DNA from: an uncultured Bacteroides sp.
Lineage (GTDB): Bacteria > Bacteroidota > Bacteroidia > Bacteroidales > Bacteroidaceae
Length of the DNA stretch: 64,000 nt
NCBI GenBank assembly: GCA_949296575.1
Contig: CASFPE010000034.1
Coordinates: 116,062-180,061 of the forward strand
Direction of reading: 5' to 3'
This document shows, in pieces, positions 47,677-57,243 of this stretch. The position numbers were made by a program, and so were the translations under genes. Under the pieces are notes generated by a model, which made no database searches, was not told the DNA's origin, and saw only the letters and a list, made by a program, of their open reading frames with translations. Positions within the stretch are counted from its first letter, which is position 1. Each line of letters starts with the position of its first letter.

Positions 47677-50600
47677 TTACGGCTCTGCCGCCATTGAGGG
47701 ATAATCATTATTGAGTATCTCATAAGGTCTAACCGATGTAACTTGAGGTATCGAAATCTCCATTTTAAAATCTTCGAGGAACATTTCCTTATTCTCATCA
47801 ATCAGTTTCTTGACTTTCGCATCATTTGTCTGACGAAGATAACGCCGAAGAAGTTTGTTGTATTCCTTTTCTATATCCTCTCGTGAAAAATTGGGACTAC
47901 GAAGCATTGCCACAAATTTTCCGTCCTCACGGAAAAAGGTAAAAAGCTGTTCCATTTGACCAAGCCAAAACTGCATTTCCTGTTCACGTTCTTCTTCCGT
48001 AGCATTCATTCTGGCAAGTTGATCAAAAATACTAACGAGGCCGGATGTAACACGTTTCTTTCCTGATGGAGGCGTCTGTGTTCCCGATTCACCACCATCC
48101 AATTCACTTGGTTCTTCAACTTCTATTTCCTCACTGACAAGCAAACCTAAACTGCCGTCATAAGAAGTAGATATAAAACCGATTGCGCTCTGACTTTCAA
48201 ACATAGAACGATAGATATTACAATATCGTTGCCAAAAATCAATAAATACCGCGTCAGAGAATTTTGGATCAATCTCAATAACTCCTTGTAAAAGCAAAAG
48301 TTTAGAATTATATCTGCCGATAGCTTTACGCAACGCTTTAGCTGCATCATCTGCATGAGTTTGATCTACTTGTTCTCCACGAGTTTCTACTTCTTGAATA
48401 TACCGGGCATGAGCATCAATCATATTTCTAATCCATATCCGTATATCTGCATCCATTTCAAGGCAAAGAGTCATATTGGTTTCTTTGTTCGATAATGAGT
48501 TACGGTAGCGATCAAACCATTTGGTATAAACAGGTTGCGCCAATAGTCCCCGATGTATTTCTGCAATAACAGCCTTTTCGCGAATTGGGTCAAAATCGGA
48601 TATTAATATGCCACAAAATTCAGCAAAGGCATCTCGGATATTCTTTTCGTTGACGTTCTTAAATGAGAAATCTACGATGTGGCATTCTTCCTTGTATTTT
48701 GTAGTACGATTGACACGTGAAATAGTCTGAATGGCATTGATGCCGCGAATTTCTTTGTCAAGGAAAAGCGTATGGAGCTTAGGCTCGTCAAAACCAGTCT
48801 GAAGTTTGTCTACGACAATAATAATTCCATTCTTGGCAGTTTTAAAGTTATCAATAACCCTATCCTCTGCTACATTGTCATTCATTGACGCACATTTTTC
48901 GTATTTCTGATTGTCAGAATATACAATCGCAACGGGGGCATCAGCATATTTCGCAAATGACCCAGTTGCTGTTTTTTCAGCCATCATATGCCGGATAGCT
49001 TTGCAATACTCTATTGCAATCGGAATGGAACTAACTGCAAGCATGGCTTTGCCTGTTCCTCTTATTTTTCCATAAACCTGCGACAACAAACGATTGACTA
49101 TGAACTTAGAAATAGCCAATATGCGCTCATGGTTTTCATAAACCTTACGTTTGGCCATTGATACTTTATCTTCACGCCCTTCCTGAATAGCCTGCGCCAC
49201 CGCTTGGGAAAGTGCAGTCGGCATATCAAAATGCATTTTTACGTTAACAGGAATAATATGCTTCGCCGGATCAAGGATATATCCGTCAGCTATAGCTTCT
49301 TTCATTGTGTAAGCATCAAACGGCTTCCACAATTGGTTGAAATTAGCACCACGATGAAACTCTCCGAAGCGTGCAAGCACTCGCTGACTTGGCGTTGCCG
49401 TAAAACCTACGATAAGATTCTTCTTAGTAGAGCCACGAGTAAGGAAACCGCCATCCTCGTCAAAAATATCCTGAAGTTCATCAAATGCAGAGAACATTTC
49501 CTGATGGACATCGTCTGTATTGGAACGGTGAACCTCATCTATCAGAAATGCCACACGCAAATTCTTAAAGTCTTTCCCTGCCTTGGTTATCGCATTTTTC
49601 AGTTCCCAGAACTTCTGTATATTCACCACAATGATGCGTCGTTTGTCACTAAGAGCCTTAACAAAAGTATCTTGATCGGTTGCCTCCACAAACATCGCCT
49701 TGTCAATATTCATGTTGAGCATCATGGAATCAAGTTGGTCGCGTAACTGCAAACGGTCAACAACAAGCAAAATCTTGTCATAAACCCATGCTCCGTTATA
49801 GCGCATATCTTTAAGTTGCAACGCAGTCCACCCAATGATGTTGCTCTTTCCGAACCCTGCCGCATATTGCAACAAAAGGGAATAGACATATTTGTTATTG
49901 CAATAACTGTCACGCTCTGCCACAATTCGTTCTATTACATCTTGTGGAGCGTTCATTGCCGTGAGTTCAGCACGAAGTTTCTCAATGAAGTAGTTTGGCT
50001 CGCCTTCATGAGCAAGAAATTCCTGAATGCGGTCAACGATGCGATCGCAGCCGAATTTCTGCTTCGGGCGTGGACACATTAATCTGCCGGTCTTGTCTTT
50101 ATATTCTTTCTTATGTACTTTACGCCCATTCTCTGTTACAGTAATGGTTTTATACGTATAAGCCATAAAGTTATAATAGAGAATCTCTTTCTCTATCATC
50201 TTCTTTGAATAAAGGGAGCGCATTGCCTCCTCAAATCTGGCACGGGGTTCAACGTCATCACCAGCCATAGTCGGCAAGGATTTAAATTCTTTTTCAACCA
50301 CAGGACGATATGATGAGATGGAAATCAGATTTTCCTGAAATCCTTTTTTCACATCTTCAAAGAATTGCCCCGGATTACGGAGTACGTATGTGCTGTTAAT
50401 GTCCGTTGTGACAAGGTGAATGGATTTCTCAAATGGACGAAGCATGGAACGGCGCAATGATTGTTGTGCATCATTTCCATTGGCTATTTTGGTATATTCC
50501 CAAACAGCCTCCAGATAGTCGGTAATCACCTTGGTACGTCCGTTCCTTTTTGCCGTCTGATTGGTAAAATTACTCTTCAGTTCGGCATATCCCAAGAATA

Positions 50601-51078
50601 TGCCGTTTACAAAGAATGACAGGTCTGGACGGAATGCAAAAATTCTTTTTCCTCCATGATGGAAAGAATAAGTCATTTCCTCCACGGCAGAAAAAATATT
50701 CTTCTCAAAATCTTCATCGCCGCGAAGTTCCGTGCCACTGACATACAAAAGTTTTAATGTCTCGCCGCCGAAAGAATAGGGCTTGTTTTTTGTGGTGCTG
50801 TTCAAGAATATGGCGACATTGGCACTTGTTTCTATTTTACACCTGATGTCATCCATGATATCACGAAGCAGCTTCTGCTCATCGCCATCATACTCATTGC
50901 GCCGAAGCAGATTGTTCCAACTGACACGTGAATTTTCTTTCAAGAATTCCTTTAAGTCGGCGGGTATGAAAATATCAGGCGTGACGGTATTATTCTTCAC
51001 CTCACGGAATCCAAGTCCATCGCTACGGCGGCAGAAGAAATCCATTACATATTCGCCTTGCAGTTCAAGTTCAGTCAT
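47677..51078 (-). CDS. hsdR: type I restriction endonuclease subunit R
   Basis: 1133-aa ORF with an N-terminal PD-(D/E)xK (RPDLSFFVNGIFLGYAELK). SF2 helicase motifs are AAGFGKSN, LIDEVHRS, FTATP and QTISRVNR. Confidence 0.9.
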   Translation of the reverse strand: MTELELQGEYVMDFFCRRSDGLGFREVKNNTVTPDIFIPADLKEFLKENSRVSWNNLLRRNEYDGDEQKLLRDIMDDIRCKIETSANVAIFLNSTTKNKPYSFGGETLKLLYVSGTELRGDEDFEKNIFSAVEEMTYSFHHGGKRIFAFRPDLSFFVNGIFLGYAELKSNFTNQTAKRNGRTKVITDYLEAVWEYTKIANGNDAQQSLRRSMLRPFEKSIHLVTTDINSTYVLRNPGQFFEDVKKGFQENLISISSYRPVVEKEFKSLPTMAGDDVEPRARFEEAMRSLYSKKMIEKEILYYNFMAYTYKTITVTENGRKVHKKEYKDKTGRLMCPRPKQKFGCDRIVDRIQEFLAHEGEPNYFIEKLRAELTAMNAPQDVIERIVAERDSYCNNKYVYSLLLQYAAGFGKSNIIGWTALQLKDMRYNGAWVYDKILLVVDRLQLRDQLDSMMLNMNIDKAMFVEATDQDTFVKALSDKRRIIVVNIQKFWELKNAITKAGKDFKNLRVAFLIDEVHRSNTDDVHQEMFSAFDELQDIFDEDGGFLTRGSTKKNLIVGFTATPSQRVLARFGEFHRGANFNQLWKPFDAYTMKEAIADGYILDPAKHIIPVNVKMHFDMPTALSQAVAQAIQEGREDKVSMAKRKVYENHERILAISKFIVNRLLSQVYGKIRGTGKAMLAVSSIPIAIEYCKAIRHMMAEKTATGSFAKYADAPVAIVYSDNQKYEKCASMNDNVAEDRVIDNFKTAKNGIIIVVDKLQTGFDEPKLHTLFLDKEIRGINAIQTISRVNRTTKYKEECHIVDFSFKNVNEKNIRDAFAEFCGILISDFDPIREKAVIAEIHRGLLAQPVYTKWFDRYRNSLSNKETNMTLCLEMDADIRIWIRNMIDAHARYIQEVETRGEQVDQTHADDAAKALRKAIGRYNSKLLLLQGVIEIDPKFSDAVFIDFWQRYCNIYRSMFESQSAIGFISTSYDGSLGLLVSEEIEVEEPSELDGGESGTQTPPSGKKRVTSGLVSIFDQLARMNATEEEREQEMQFWLGQMEQLFTFFREDGKFVAMLRSPNFSREDIEKEYNKLLRRYLRQTNDAKVKKLIDENKEMFLEDFKMEISIPQVTSVRPYEILNNDYPSMAAEP

Positions 51079-51176
51079 AATATAGTGTTCTAATAGAATT
51101 GTGATTTTCTATGCAAATAAAAACTGATTAAATATCAATATGTTACAAGTTGTGTGGATTTTCTTTGAAAATAAGA

Positions 51177-52637
51177 TTACGCATAGAAGGGTACATAAGT
51201 TGAGAACTTCTTTGAGATGCTGTCTTCGTCCGCTGGTTTTATTAGTTTCTCTGTTATTGTATCTGCAATGATACGTGAGGCGGCAGCAGATTGATTCTTA
51301 TTCAGACCAAAACGCTCCCGGACAGATTGGTTGTTGGTGGCAATATTGTCCTCGAACATCAGGCAGGCATGTTGGTAACAAGCCATGATTTTCTCTCGTT
51401 TTGTCATTTCCGCAAGAGTTTTTTGAGGGAACAAAGACACACGGGTGTAATCTTCAAGAGATTGGAATTTAACAGGCGGAAGAAACATCTTTTCTATAGC
51501 TTCAATTGCCCTGTCCACTCCACTTCCTCTCCGTTCACACAATCCAAGCAAAAGCATGGATTGTGCTAACTTTTCATTTCTTGAGCGAGGAGGCAAATCT
51601 ATCAACCGTGCGATATTGTTTAGAGGTGCGCCGGGATTTGTAATCACAAGGCGATTGCTGAATATCTCGATTGTTATGGGTGAACCGTCAATGGCAAAAT
51701 CCTGGTGTATAAGCGCATTGGCTACAAATTCCCTAATGGCGACATTCGGGTAAATCGGTTCAATGCTTCGTGAAACGTCTATAACCTCTTTCCCGGTATT
51801 GCGCATGATAAAATCAATTAGTCCTTCAAAGCCTGCCGCATAACCAAGGCTTTCATGTTGCTCAAATTGCAATTGCCTGTTATTTTGCCCTTCGTATTTG
51901 CGAACCACAACTTCACGGCCGCTTAAAGATGGAAATCTTTTCAGAGAACGGGCGAATAAAATTGCTCCAAGATTTGTTATAGTCCATTTCCCGTTCGTTT
52001 CCGTACAATATCCCATCTCTTTAAGCAAGGAAGCAATTGTATCCGTGGACTTAGGAACATTCCTGTCAAGCAAGCTATAAAGTGCTTGGTAATCCAACAA
52101 ATCAAGCACTTGATTTTGCGTCAAATCATCAAGAGCGGAACTTTCTTCAAAAGAAATACCTTTTGATTTAGCTATCAGTACCTGAACTTGTTTTGGAGAC
52201 ATTTTCAAGGTCTGTCCTCCTGAACGATAATAAGATGCATAAATATCTTTACCTCTTAAATGTACAGGTTTCTCTGCTTCCTCTGGGATATATACAAACA
52301 GTAAGTTATGCCCCTCATAACATTGAACAGAATGCTCAATCTGAATATGGCTTGAAAGATTGTTATAGGCAATATTACCCAGTTTCTTGACTATTCCGTC
52401 GATCTGTTCTTTAGTCAGAGAAAATAATGTTCCATCATCGTTGACACCATATACAAGCATACCGCCATATAAATGATTGGCAAAAGCCGAAATGTGCTGT
52501 GCCAGTCTGTCCGTCTTGTCTGACAACCCGCTTTTCCAATCTATCTCGTTCAGTTCACAGGGGACTGGTTCAAGACTATCTTTTAATAATTGTAAAGCTC
52601 TTTCTGTCCAATGCATTTTTTCATTAATTAATGGCAC
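51177..52637 (-). CDS. AlbA_2 (Schlafen-like) + HATPase_c_4 domain protein embedded in the type I RM operon
   Basis: 486-aa ORF. The N-domain has HISAFANHLYGGMLVYGVNDDG, as in AlbA_2 / 'putative DNA-binding' domains. The C-domain has FVANALIHQDF...ITNPG...CERRGSGVDR, as in the HATPase_c_4 / RecG-C-like family. A GTG start at 52637 overlaps hsdS by 14 nt; an alternative ATG lies at 52616. Confidence 0.75.
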   Translation of the reverse strand: MPLINEKMHWTERALQLLKDSLEPVPCELNEIDWKSGLSDKTDRLAQHISAFANHLYGGMLVYGVNDDGTLFSLTKEQIDGIVKKLGNIAYNNLSSHIQIEHSVQCYEGHNLLFVYIPEEAEKPVHLRGKDIYASYYRSGGQTLKMSPKQVQVLIAKSKGISFEESSALDDLTQNQVLDLLDYQALYSLLDRNVPKSTDTIASLLKEMGYCTETNGKWTITNLGAILFARSLKRFPSLSGREVVVRKYEGQNNRQLQFEQHESLGYAAGFEGLIDFIMRNTGKEVIDVSRSIEPIYPNVAIREFVANALIHQDFAIDGSPITIEIFSNRLVITNPGAPLNNIARLIDLPPRSRNEKLAQSMLLLGLCERRGSGVDRAIEAIEKMFLPPVKFQSLEDYTRVSLFPQKTLAEMTKREKIMACYQHACLMFEDNIATNNQSVRERFGLNKNQSAAASRIIADTITEKLIKPADEDSISKKFSTYVPFYA

Positions 52638-53784
52638 GTTGGCCGGTTACTACTTCGTTTATCAGTGAACGTTTCAGTTCTTTCAATAGCTCTATTTTAG
52701 ATTCTATCATCTTAATGATTGCGTCTATCTTATTGCACTTGTCATCGAGATAGGCAACATCTTTTAATTGTTCTTCGATAGGTGGAAGATATATTGGCAT
52801 ATTGGTCAATTCTACCATATCAACAGCAGCAAAAGTTGTTACTCTACATCCACGTTTACAATACTCATCAATATGGAAGAATTTATAAAACATCCATTTA
52901 ATCGACACTTTTTCTTTCAGCGATTTACGAATTTTAAAATTCGTAAATTGCTGATTCGCAAGCGAATCAGCAATTAGCCAAGCATGTTCGCCAATTGTAG
53001 CAGTAGTAGTAAGTATGAAAGAATTAGCTTCGAATAATCCTGCTGTTTTTATAGCTTCTTGCGTAATATGTTGAATCGAATCAGAAAGAATACGTCCATT
53101 TTTTCGTATATCCTCCATCCTAAACCATGGGATAGTTCCCCCTTCCCAAAATTCATTAACCGCTTTTGATGGTGTATATCCATTTCGCAATTCAAATACA
53201 TCTTTCAAGCGGTATGCATGATAGTTTGGGTTCTTTTGTGTAACTGTTTTTATTATTAGAGAATGACGTAGGTTACGGTAACAATCAACCTTTCGTTCCA
53301 ACAAACCAATCTCCTTCCCAATCTTTCCGCACTCCTTATCTAAATAAGCCACTATCGCTTCTTGCTCAGCAATAAGTGGAAGAGATAACGACACACTTCC
53401 TACTTGCAAAGCATTAGTCCGAGGCATCTTCACTCCAGCTACTTGATTTTTAATGTAGCTAATAAATGAACAGGAAAGAAGGAAATAGAGGAGAAATTTA
53501 TTATTAACCAAATCATTAGGACGTAGAACAATAAATTCTGGTGAACAAATAGAGTCATGTGTGGGAATATATCCCTTGGCAAGGTACGGACGAAGCTTGC
53601 CAAACAGGACATCCCCAGTTTTACAGACATTACTATTCCCATCTGAGGCCGAATCAGATGGAATATAAGTACTATCCCAACTGACAATGTTATCCAAAGC
53701 GATATATGGCAATGAACAATCATTCGCCTTTTCGCTTATAAACTTGGCAACATCTTTAATGCGATAGGTTTGCCACTTATTCAT
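52624..53784 (-). CDS. hsdS: type I restriction-modification specificity subunit S
   Basis: 386-aa ORF with two target-recognition halves separated by conserved helices (LPLIAEQEAIVAYLDKECGKI and LPPIEEQLKDVAYLDDKCNKI). Confidence 0.9.
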   Translation of the reverse strand: MNKWQTYRIKDVAKFISEKANDCSLPYIALDNIVSWDSTYIPSDSASDGNSNVCKTGDVLFGKLRPYLAKGYIPTHDSICSPEFIVLRPNDLVNNKFLLYFLLSCSFISYIKNQVAGVKMPRTNALQVGSVSLSLPLIAEQEAIVAYLDKECGKIGKEIGLLERKVDCYRNLRHSLIIKTVTQKNPNYHAYRLKDVFELRNGYTPSKAVNEFWEGGTIPWFRMEDIRKNGRILSDSIQHITQEAIKTAGLFEANSFILTTTATIGEHAWLIADSLANQQFTNFKIRKSLKEKVSIKWMFYKFFHIDEYCKRGCRVTTFAAVDMVELTNMPIYLPPIEEQLKDVAYLDDKCNKIDAIIKMIESKIELLKELKRSLINEVVTGQRAIN

Positions 53785-55796
53785 AGTTCTATCTCCTTTT
53801 CAAGATTAGCCAATTCCGCATCAATCTCCGCTATTTCCGCAAGGATAGCGTCAACCGGTTCTACCGTTTCAGGCACATAAAACTCCTTGTTAAAGTTTAC
53901 TTCTACCCCTACTGTATTGTCGAGCAGGCGGTAGGGCTTGGAAATATACCGACGCATAAATGCAAGAATGCCTTCGCCGTTCTGTGCAGAATCCGGATGA
54001 TAAGGGATAATCTCAAAATCCTTGTATGTAGAATCTGCTATCTTTACCGTACAGGTCTTATCGCCTCTCCGGGTACGATTGTATGTCACAGTGATACTTC
54101 CCACACCAAGTGCCTCGTGCATTCCTGTAGCAACGGATGTGCGCATAATCGCCCCATTTGCATCATCTGCCCAATAAAAATACTCTGCTGTGGAAACAAT
54201 GGTTGAACCCGTAATTTGGCGAAGACGGATCATTTCCTCTTGATTCTTCCATTCCTTCTCGTCATCAAGAGGCCACTCCCAACTGCCGGAAGCATAAACA
54301 GCCACAATGTCCGCATCCTTTATTTTAAATGTTTCACCTGCGCAACCAAGCGATTGGCTTACGTAACGACCATTCTTATCTACTTCCGTAAGCTGTATTT
54401 GCTGCTTATTAAAGTAAAAATGCCATTTGTCGAAAACCTTGGAAATATCGTTGTCCTCAAAGCGCACAAGGGAATCCACAATCCGTTTGCGGTGTTCTGC
54501 ATTCATCTCTTTCCGCTTGGAACCTTTGTTCTTTTTCAATGGCTGCCAAAGGTCGGAAGCGTTGATAAGAATCACCTTATCCTTGCGCTCGGCTGGCTTT
54601 TTCTTATTCAGTATCCAAAGATAAGTGACAATGCCCGTATTGAAGAACTCATCGGAAGGCATCTGGACAATTGCTTCCACCCAGTCATTGTCAAAAAGGT
54701 ATTTGCGAATGTTGCTTTCGCCACTGCCGGCATCTCCACTAAACAGGGAACTGCCATTGTTGACCTCAACCACAATACCGCTATTTTCATGAAGCATCCA
54801 AGCATTGTGCTGAAGGAATAAAAGCTGTCCGTCGCTGACAGATGGGAAAAACGCAAATTGTCCGGTTTGGTCATTGCGTATTTCTTTTTCATACCCTTTC
54901 CACGGAATGCCGTATGGAGGATTTGCAACAACCACATCAAACTCTTTGTCTTTAAACGGCAATGTGGTTAACGTATTGCCATATTTAACTTCTGCTTCTT
55001 CGCGGAATAGAGATTCAATTTTAGCCAAAGCGAAAAGAGCATCGTTCCACTCACTGCCGTTAGCGGCAACATATTTATAGCCAGCCTTATTGAGACGGTC
55101 TGCTACCCCGAACAGGAGATTGGCACCTCCACAAGTCGGGTCATAAATATGCACATAATCATCATGACTGATGTTTATTTTCGCCGTCACAATCTCAGCA
55201 ATCAGTGCAATAATGTCTTCCGGCGTATATTGTTCTCCGGCTGTTTCAGCAGAAATATCCGCCCACTTGCGCTTGATATGCTCTTCAAGAGTCGTTATTT
55301 CAGAGTTATTGTATGGAGAAAGGTCGATTTGTGCCCACTTGGTTACATACTGCAGAAGCACCCCTTTCTTGCGAAGCTCGGCAACAATGCCGTCAAGATT
55401 CAAGAATTTACTGTCATCTGTTCCTCGTTCTATTCCAAGCAATTCCTTTAACACTCCATCGAAACCGGCAAGATAGTGGCGGAAATCATCTTCAAACGTC
55501 TTGTCATTGTTGCAGATGTCAGACAGCGTCTTGCCATCCTTGACAATATATTCATTGTATCCGCAATCCCTGTCTTTGAATGCTTCCACAAATTCTTCCG
55601 GATTATCTTTTCTGCTTAGTCCTTCTGTCCGCTCTATGTCAACCATCTCATTGCGCATACGCCCTTCCAGCATAACCAACGCAAAGAAGGGCATCATGTG
55701 TTTCGGGAAATCGCTTTGTTTGATTCCCGTAGAAATAAGAAGGTCTGCACAAGACCATATATCCGATTCGTATGATAGTATATCTTTCATAATCAT
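53781..55796 (-). CDS. hsdM: type I restriction-modification methyltransferase subunit M
   Basis: 671-aa ORF with an HsdM N-domain, SAM motif YDPTCGGANLLF and catalytic VVANPPYG. ATGA overlaps occur at both ends. Confidence 0.9.
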   Translation of the reverse strand: MIMKDILSYESDIWSCADLLISTGIKQSDFPKHMMPFFALVMLEGRMRNEMVDIERTEGLSRKDNPEEFVEAFKDRDCGYNEYIVKDGKTLSDICNNDKTFEDDFRHYLAGFDGVLKELLGIERGTDDSKFLNLDGIVAELRKKGVLLQYVTKWAQIDLSPYNNSEITTLEEHIKRKWADISAETAGEQYTPEDIIALIAEIVTAKINISHDDYVHIYDPTCGGANLLFGVADRLNKAGYKYVAANGSEWNDALFALAKIESLFREEAEVKYGNTLTTLPFKDKEFDVVVANPPYGIPWKGYEKEIRNDQTGQFAFFPSVSDGQLLFLQHNAWMLHENSGIVVEVNNGSSLFSGDAGSGESNIRKYLFDNDWVEAIVQMPSDEFFNTGIVTYLWILNKKKPAERKDKVILINASDLWQPLKKNKGSKRKEMNAEHRKRIVDSLVRFEDNDISKVFDKWHFYFNKQQIQLTEVDKNGRYVSQSLGCAGETFKIKDADIVAVYASGSWEWPLDDEKEWKNQEEMIRLRQITGSTIVSTAEYFYWADDANGAIMRTSVATGMHEALGVGSITVTYNRTRRGDKTCTVKIADSTYKDFEIIPYHPDSAQNGEGILAFMRRYISKPYRLLDNTVGVEVNFNKEFYVPETVEPVDAILAEIAEIDAELANLEKEIEL

Positions 55797-56005
55797 TCAT
55801 TATTACCGCCATTAATAAGCTGGCGAGGGTCTACATTCAAAAGCTTTGCAATCTTCACAAGCGTATCAAGAGAGGGTTGCATTTTGTTGGAACACCAACG
55901 AGAAACAGTTGCTTCGTTTTTTCCAATCTGTTCCGCTAACCATTTCCCTGTTTTGCCATTCTCCACCAAAACAACTTTTAGTCTATTGATTTTTTGAGAT
56001 TCCAT
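55793..56005 (-). CDS. XRE-family helix-turn-helix protein, first gene of the RM operon
   Basis: 70-aa ORF with the HTH KWLAEQIGKNEATVSRWCSNKMQPSLDTLVKIAKLLNV. Its stop overlaps the hsdM ATG (ATGA). Confidence 0.8.
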   Translation of the reverse strand: MESQKINRLKVVLVENGKTGKWLAEQIGKNEATVSRWCSNKMQPSLDTLVKIAKLLNVDPRQLINGGNNE

Positions 56006-56049
56006 ATGCTTTGAATTGCCTGCTAATTACAATACCTTGATTTATAACG

Positions 56050-56057
56050 CAAATATA
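56050..56057 (-). promoter_or_regulatory. Bacteroidetes-type -7 box (TATATTTG on minus strand) for the XRE-hsd operon
   Basis: TAnnTTTG match 45 nt upstream of the ATG at 56005. Confidence 0.45.
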
Positions 56058-56109
56058 AGCATAACATTTGGAAATGCCGCCTTAATCCACAGAATTTATC
56101 CAGATTGCT

Positions 56110-56213
56110 CCGCAACCCCGCCTTCGTGTTGAAGGGATGGCAACCGCAAAGCCAACTGCAATAAAACAGCAAAGGCTTGGACGAATGTCCAAGCCTTTGC
56201 GCATTTCAAGCGG
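56110..56213. repeat. right copy of 104-nt direct repeat flanking the island
   Basis: See 47316..47419. It retains an in-frame remnant (...NPAFVLKGWQPQSQLQ*) of the pectinesterase-like C-terminus and the hairpin 56170..56199. Confidence 0.9.
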
Positions 56214-56224
56214 GAACCGCCGGT

Positions 56225-56782
56225 TTATTTGTCGCCGAAATAGCGGTTGTACAAGCCCTCGAATCCTTTTCCGTGGCGGGCTTCGTCCTTGCACATTTCA
56301 TGAACCGTGTCGTGGATGGCATCCAAGTTCAAAGCCTTTGCACGGGTAGCGATGCGCTTCTTGTCCTCGCAAGCGCCTTGCTCTGCATCTTTGCGCTTCT
56401 GCAAGTTGGTCTTTGTGTCCCACACGCAGTCGCCCAGCAGTTCGGCAAACTTGGCAGCATGTTCTGCCTCTTCCCAAGCATAGCGCTTGAAAGCCTCGGC
56501 CACTTCGGGATAACCCTCGCGGTCGGCCTGGCGGCTCATGGCCAAGTACATGCCCACTTCCGTGCATTCGCCCATGAAATGGTTGTTCAGGTCCTTGATC
56601 ATTTCTTCGTCGCAGCCTTTGGCCACGCCGATGACGTGTTCGTCAGCAAAGGTGAGAGGGCCGTTCTCGCTCTCTGTGATTTCCACGAACTTGCTGGCCG
56701 GAGCCTTGCACATAGGGCATTTCTCAGGGGCTGCGTCGCCTTCGTACACATAACCGCAAACTGTACATCTAAACTTTTTCAT
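56225..56782 (-). CDS. rbr: reverse rubrerythrin (N-terminal rubredoxin-like + ferritin-like domain)
   Basis: 185-aa ORF with CTVCGYVY...CPMCKAP at the N-terminus, then diiron ExxH motifs ([18 protein letters not shown]). Confidence 0.8.
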   Translation of the reverse strand: MKKFRCTVCGYVYEGDAAPEKCPMCKAPASKFVEITESENGPLTFADEHVIGVAKGCDEEMIKDLNNHFMGECTEVGMYLAMSRQADREGYPEVAEAFKRYAWEEAEHAAKFAELLGDCVWDTKTNLQKRKDAEQGACEDKKRIATRAKALNLDAIHDTVHEMCKDEARHGKGFEGLYNRYFGDK

Positions 56783-56820
56783 ACTCGTAATTTTAAATTA
56801 GTCAGTTAATAATTTATCAC

Positions 56821-57243
56821 TTAGTCACAATTCTCATTCAAACATTCCCGGCACACGCCTTTGTAATACTGGTGGACTTCGGACACGGCATGCCCTTCCA
56901 TCCCCGCCGCCATTGCCAAAGATGCGTCCAAAGGCAGGTCGTAAATCTTCCCGCACTTCTTGCAAAGGAAGTGGGCGTGGCGCGAAGTGTTGCCGTCGTA
57001 GCAAACGTTCTTCCCGTCGATTGTCAGCATCTGCACCGCGCCTTGTTCGGCAAAGAGCTTCAGCGTGTTGTAAATGGTGGTCCTCGACAACGTGGGCATC
57101 ACGGTGTTCAGCTCGGCATAAATGGCCTCCACCGAGGGGTGCGTGCAGTGGCTCAACAGGTAGTCCATGATGGCTATGCGCTGTTGTGAAGGCTTGATGC
57201 CATATTGGAGCAACTGGTTGTATGCGTTCGTTGTGGAAACCAT
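56821..57243 (-). CDS. Fur-family transcriptional regulator (PerR-like by context)
   Basis: 140-aa ORF with a winged-helix N-domain, HAHFLCKKCGKIYD and CRECL metal-site motifs. It lies adjacent to rubrerythrin. Confidence 0.75.
   Translation of the reverse strand: MVSTTNAYNQLLQYGIKPSQQRIAIMDYLLSHCTHPSVEAIYAELNTVMPTLSRTTIYNTLKLFAEQGAVQMLTIDGKNVCYDGNTSRHAHFLCKKCGKIYDLPLDASLAMAAGMEGHAVSEVHQYYKGVCRECLNENCD

Larger units (their letters stand above)
47420..56109. mobile_element. 8.7-kb AT-rich genomic island (type I RM + accessory genes) bounded by direct repeats; no integrase
   Basis: Bounded by the 104-nt direct repeats. All genes are on the minus strand. Sampled line 52681..52740 has 17/60 G+C versus 40/60 for core line 25801..25860. 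Confidence 0.7.

Noticed and set aside
47492-56090. Shared 9-mer TAATCCACA just inside both island ends (about 47493 and about 56083), considered as a possible recombinase core site
   Set aside because: A single 9-nt match between two ~100-nt windows is within chance expectation after multiple looks. The 104-nt direct repeats are the real boundary signal.
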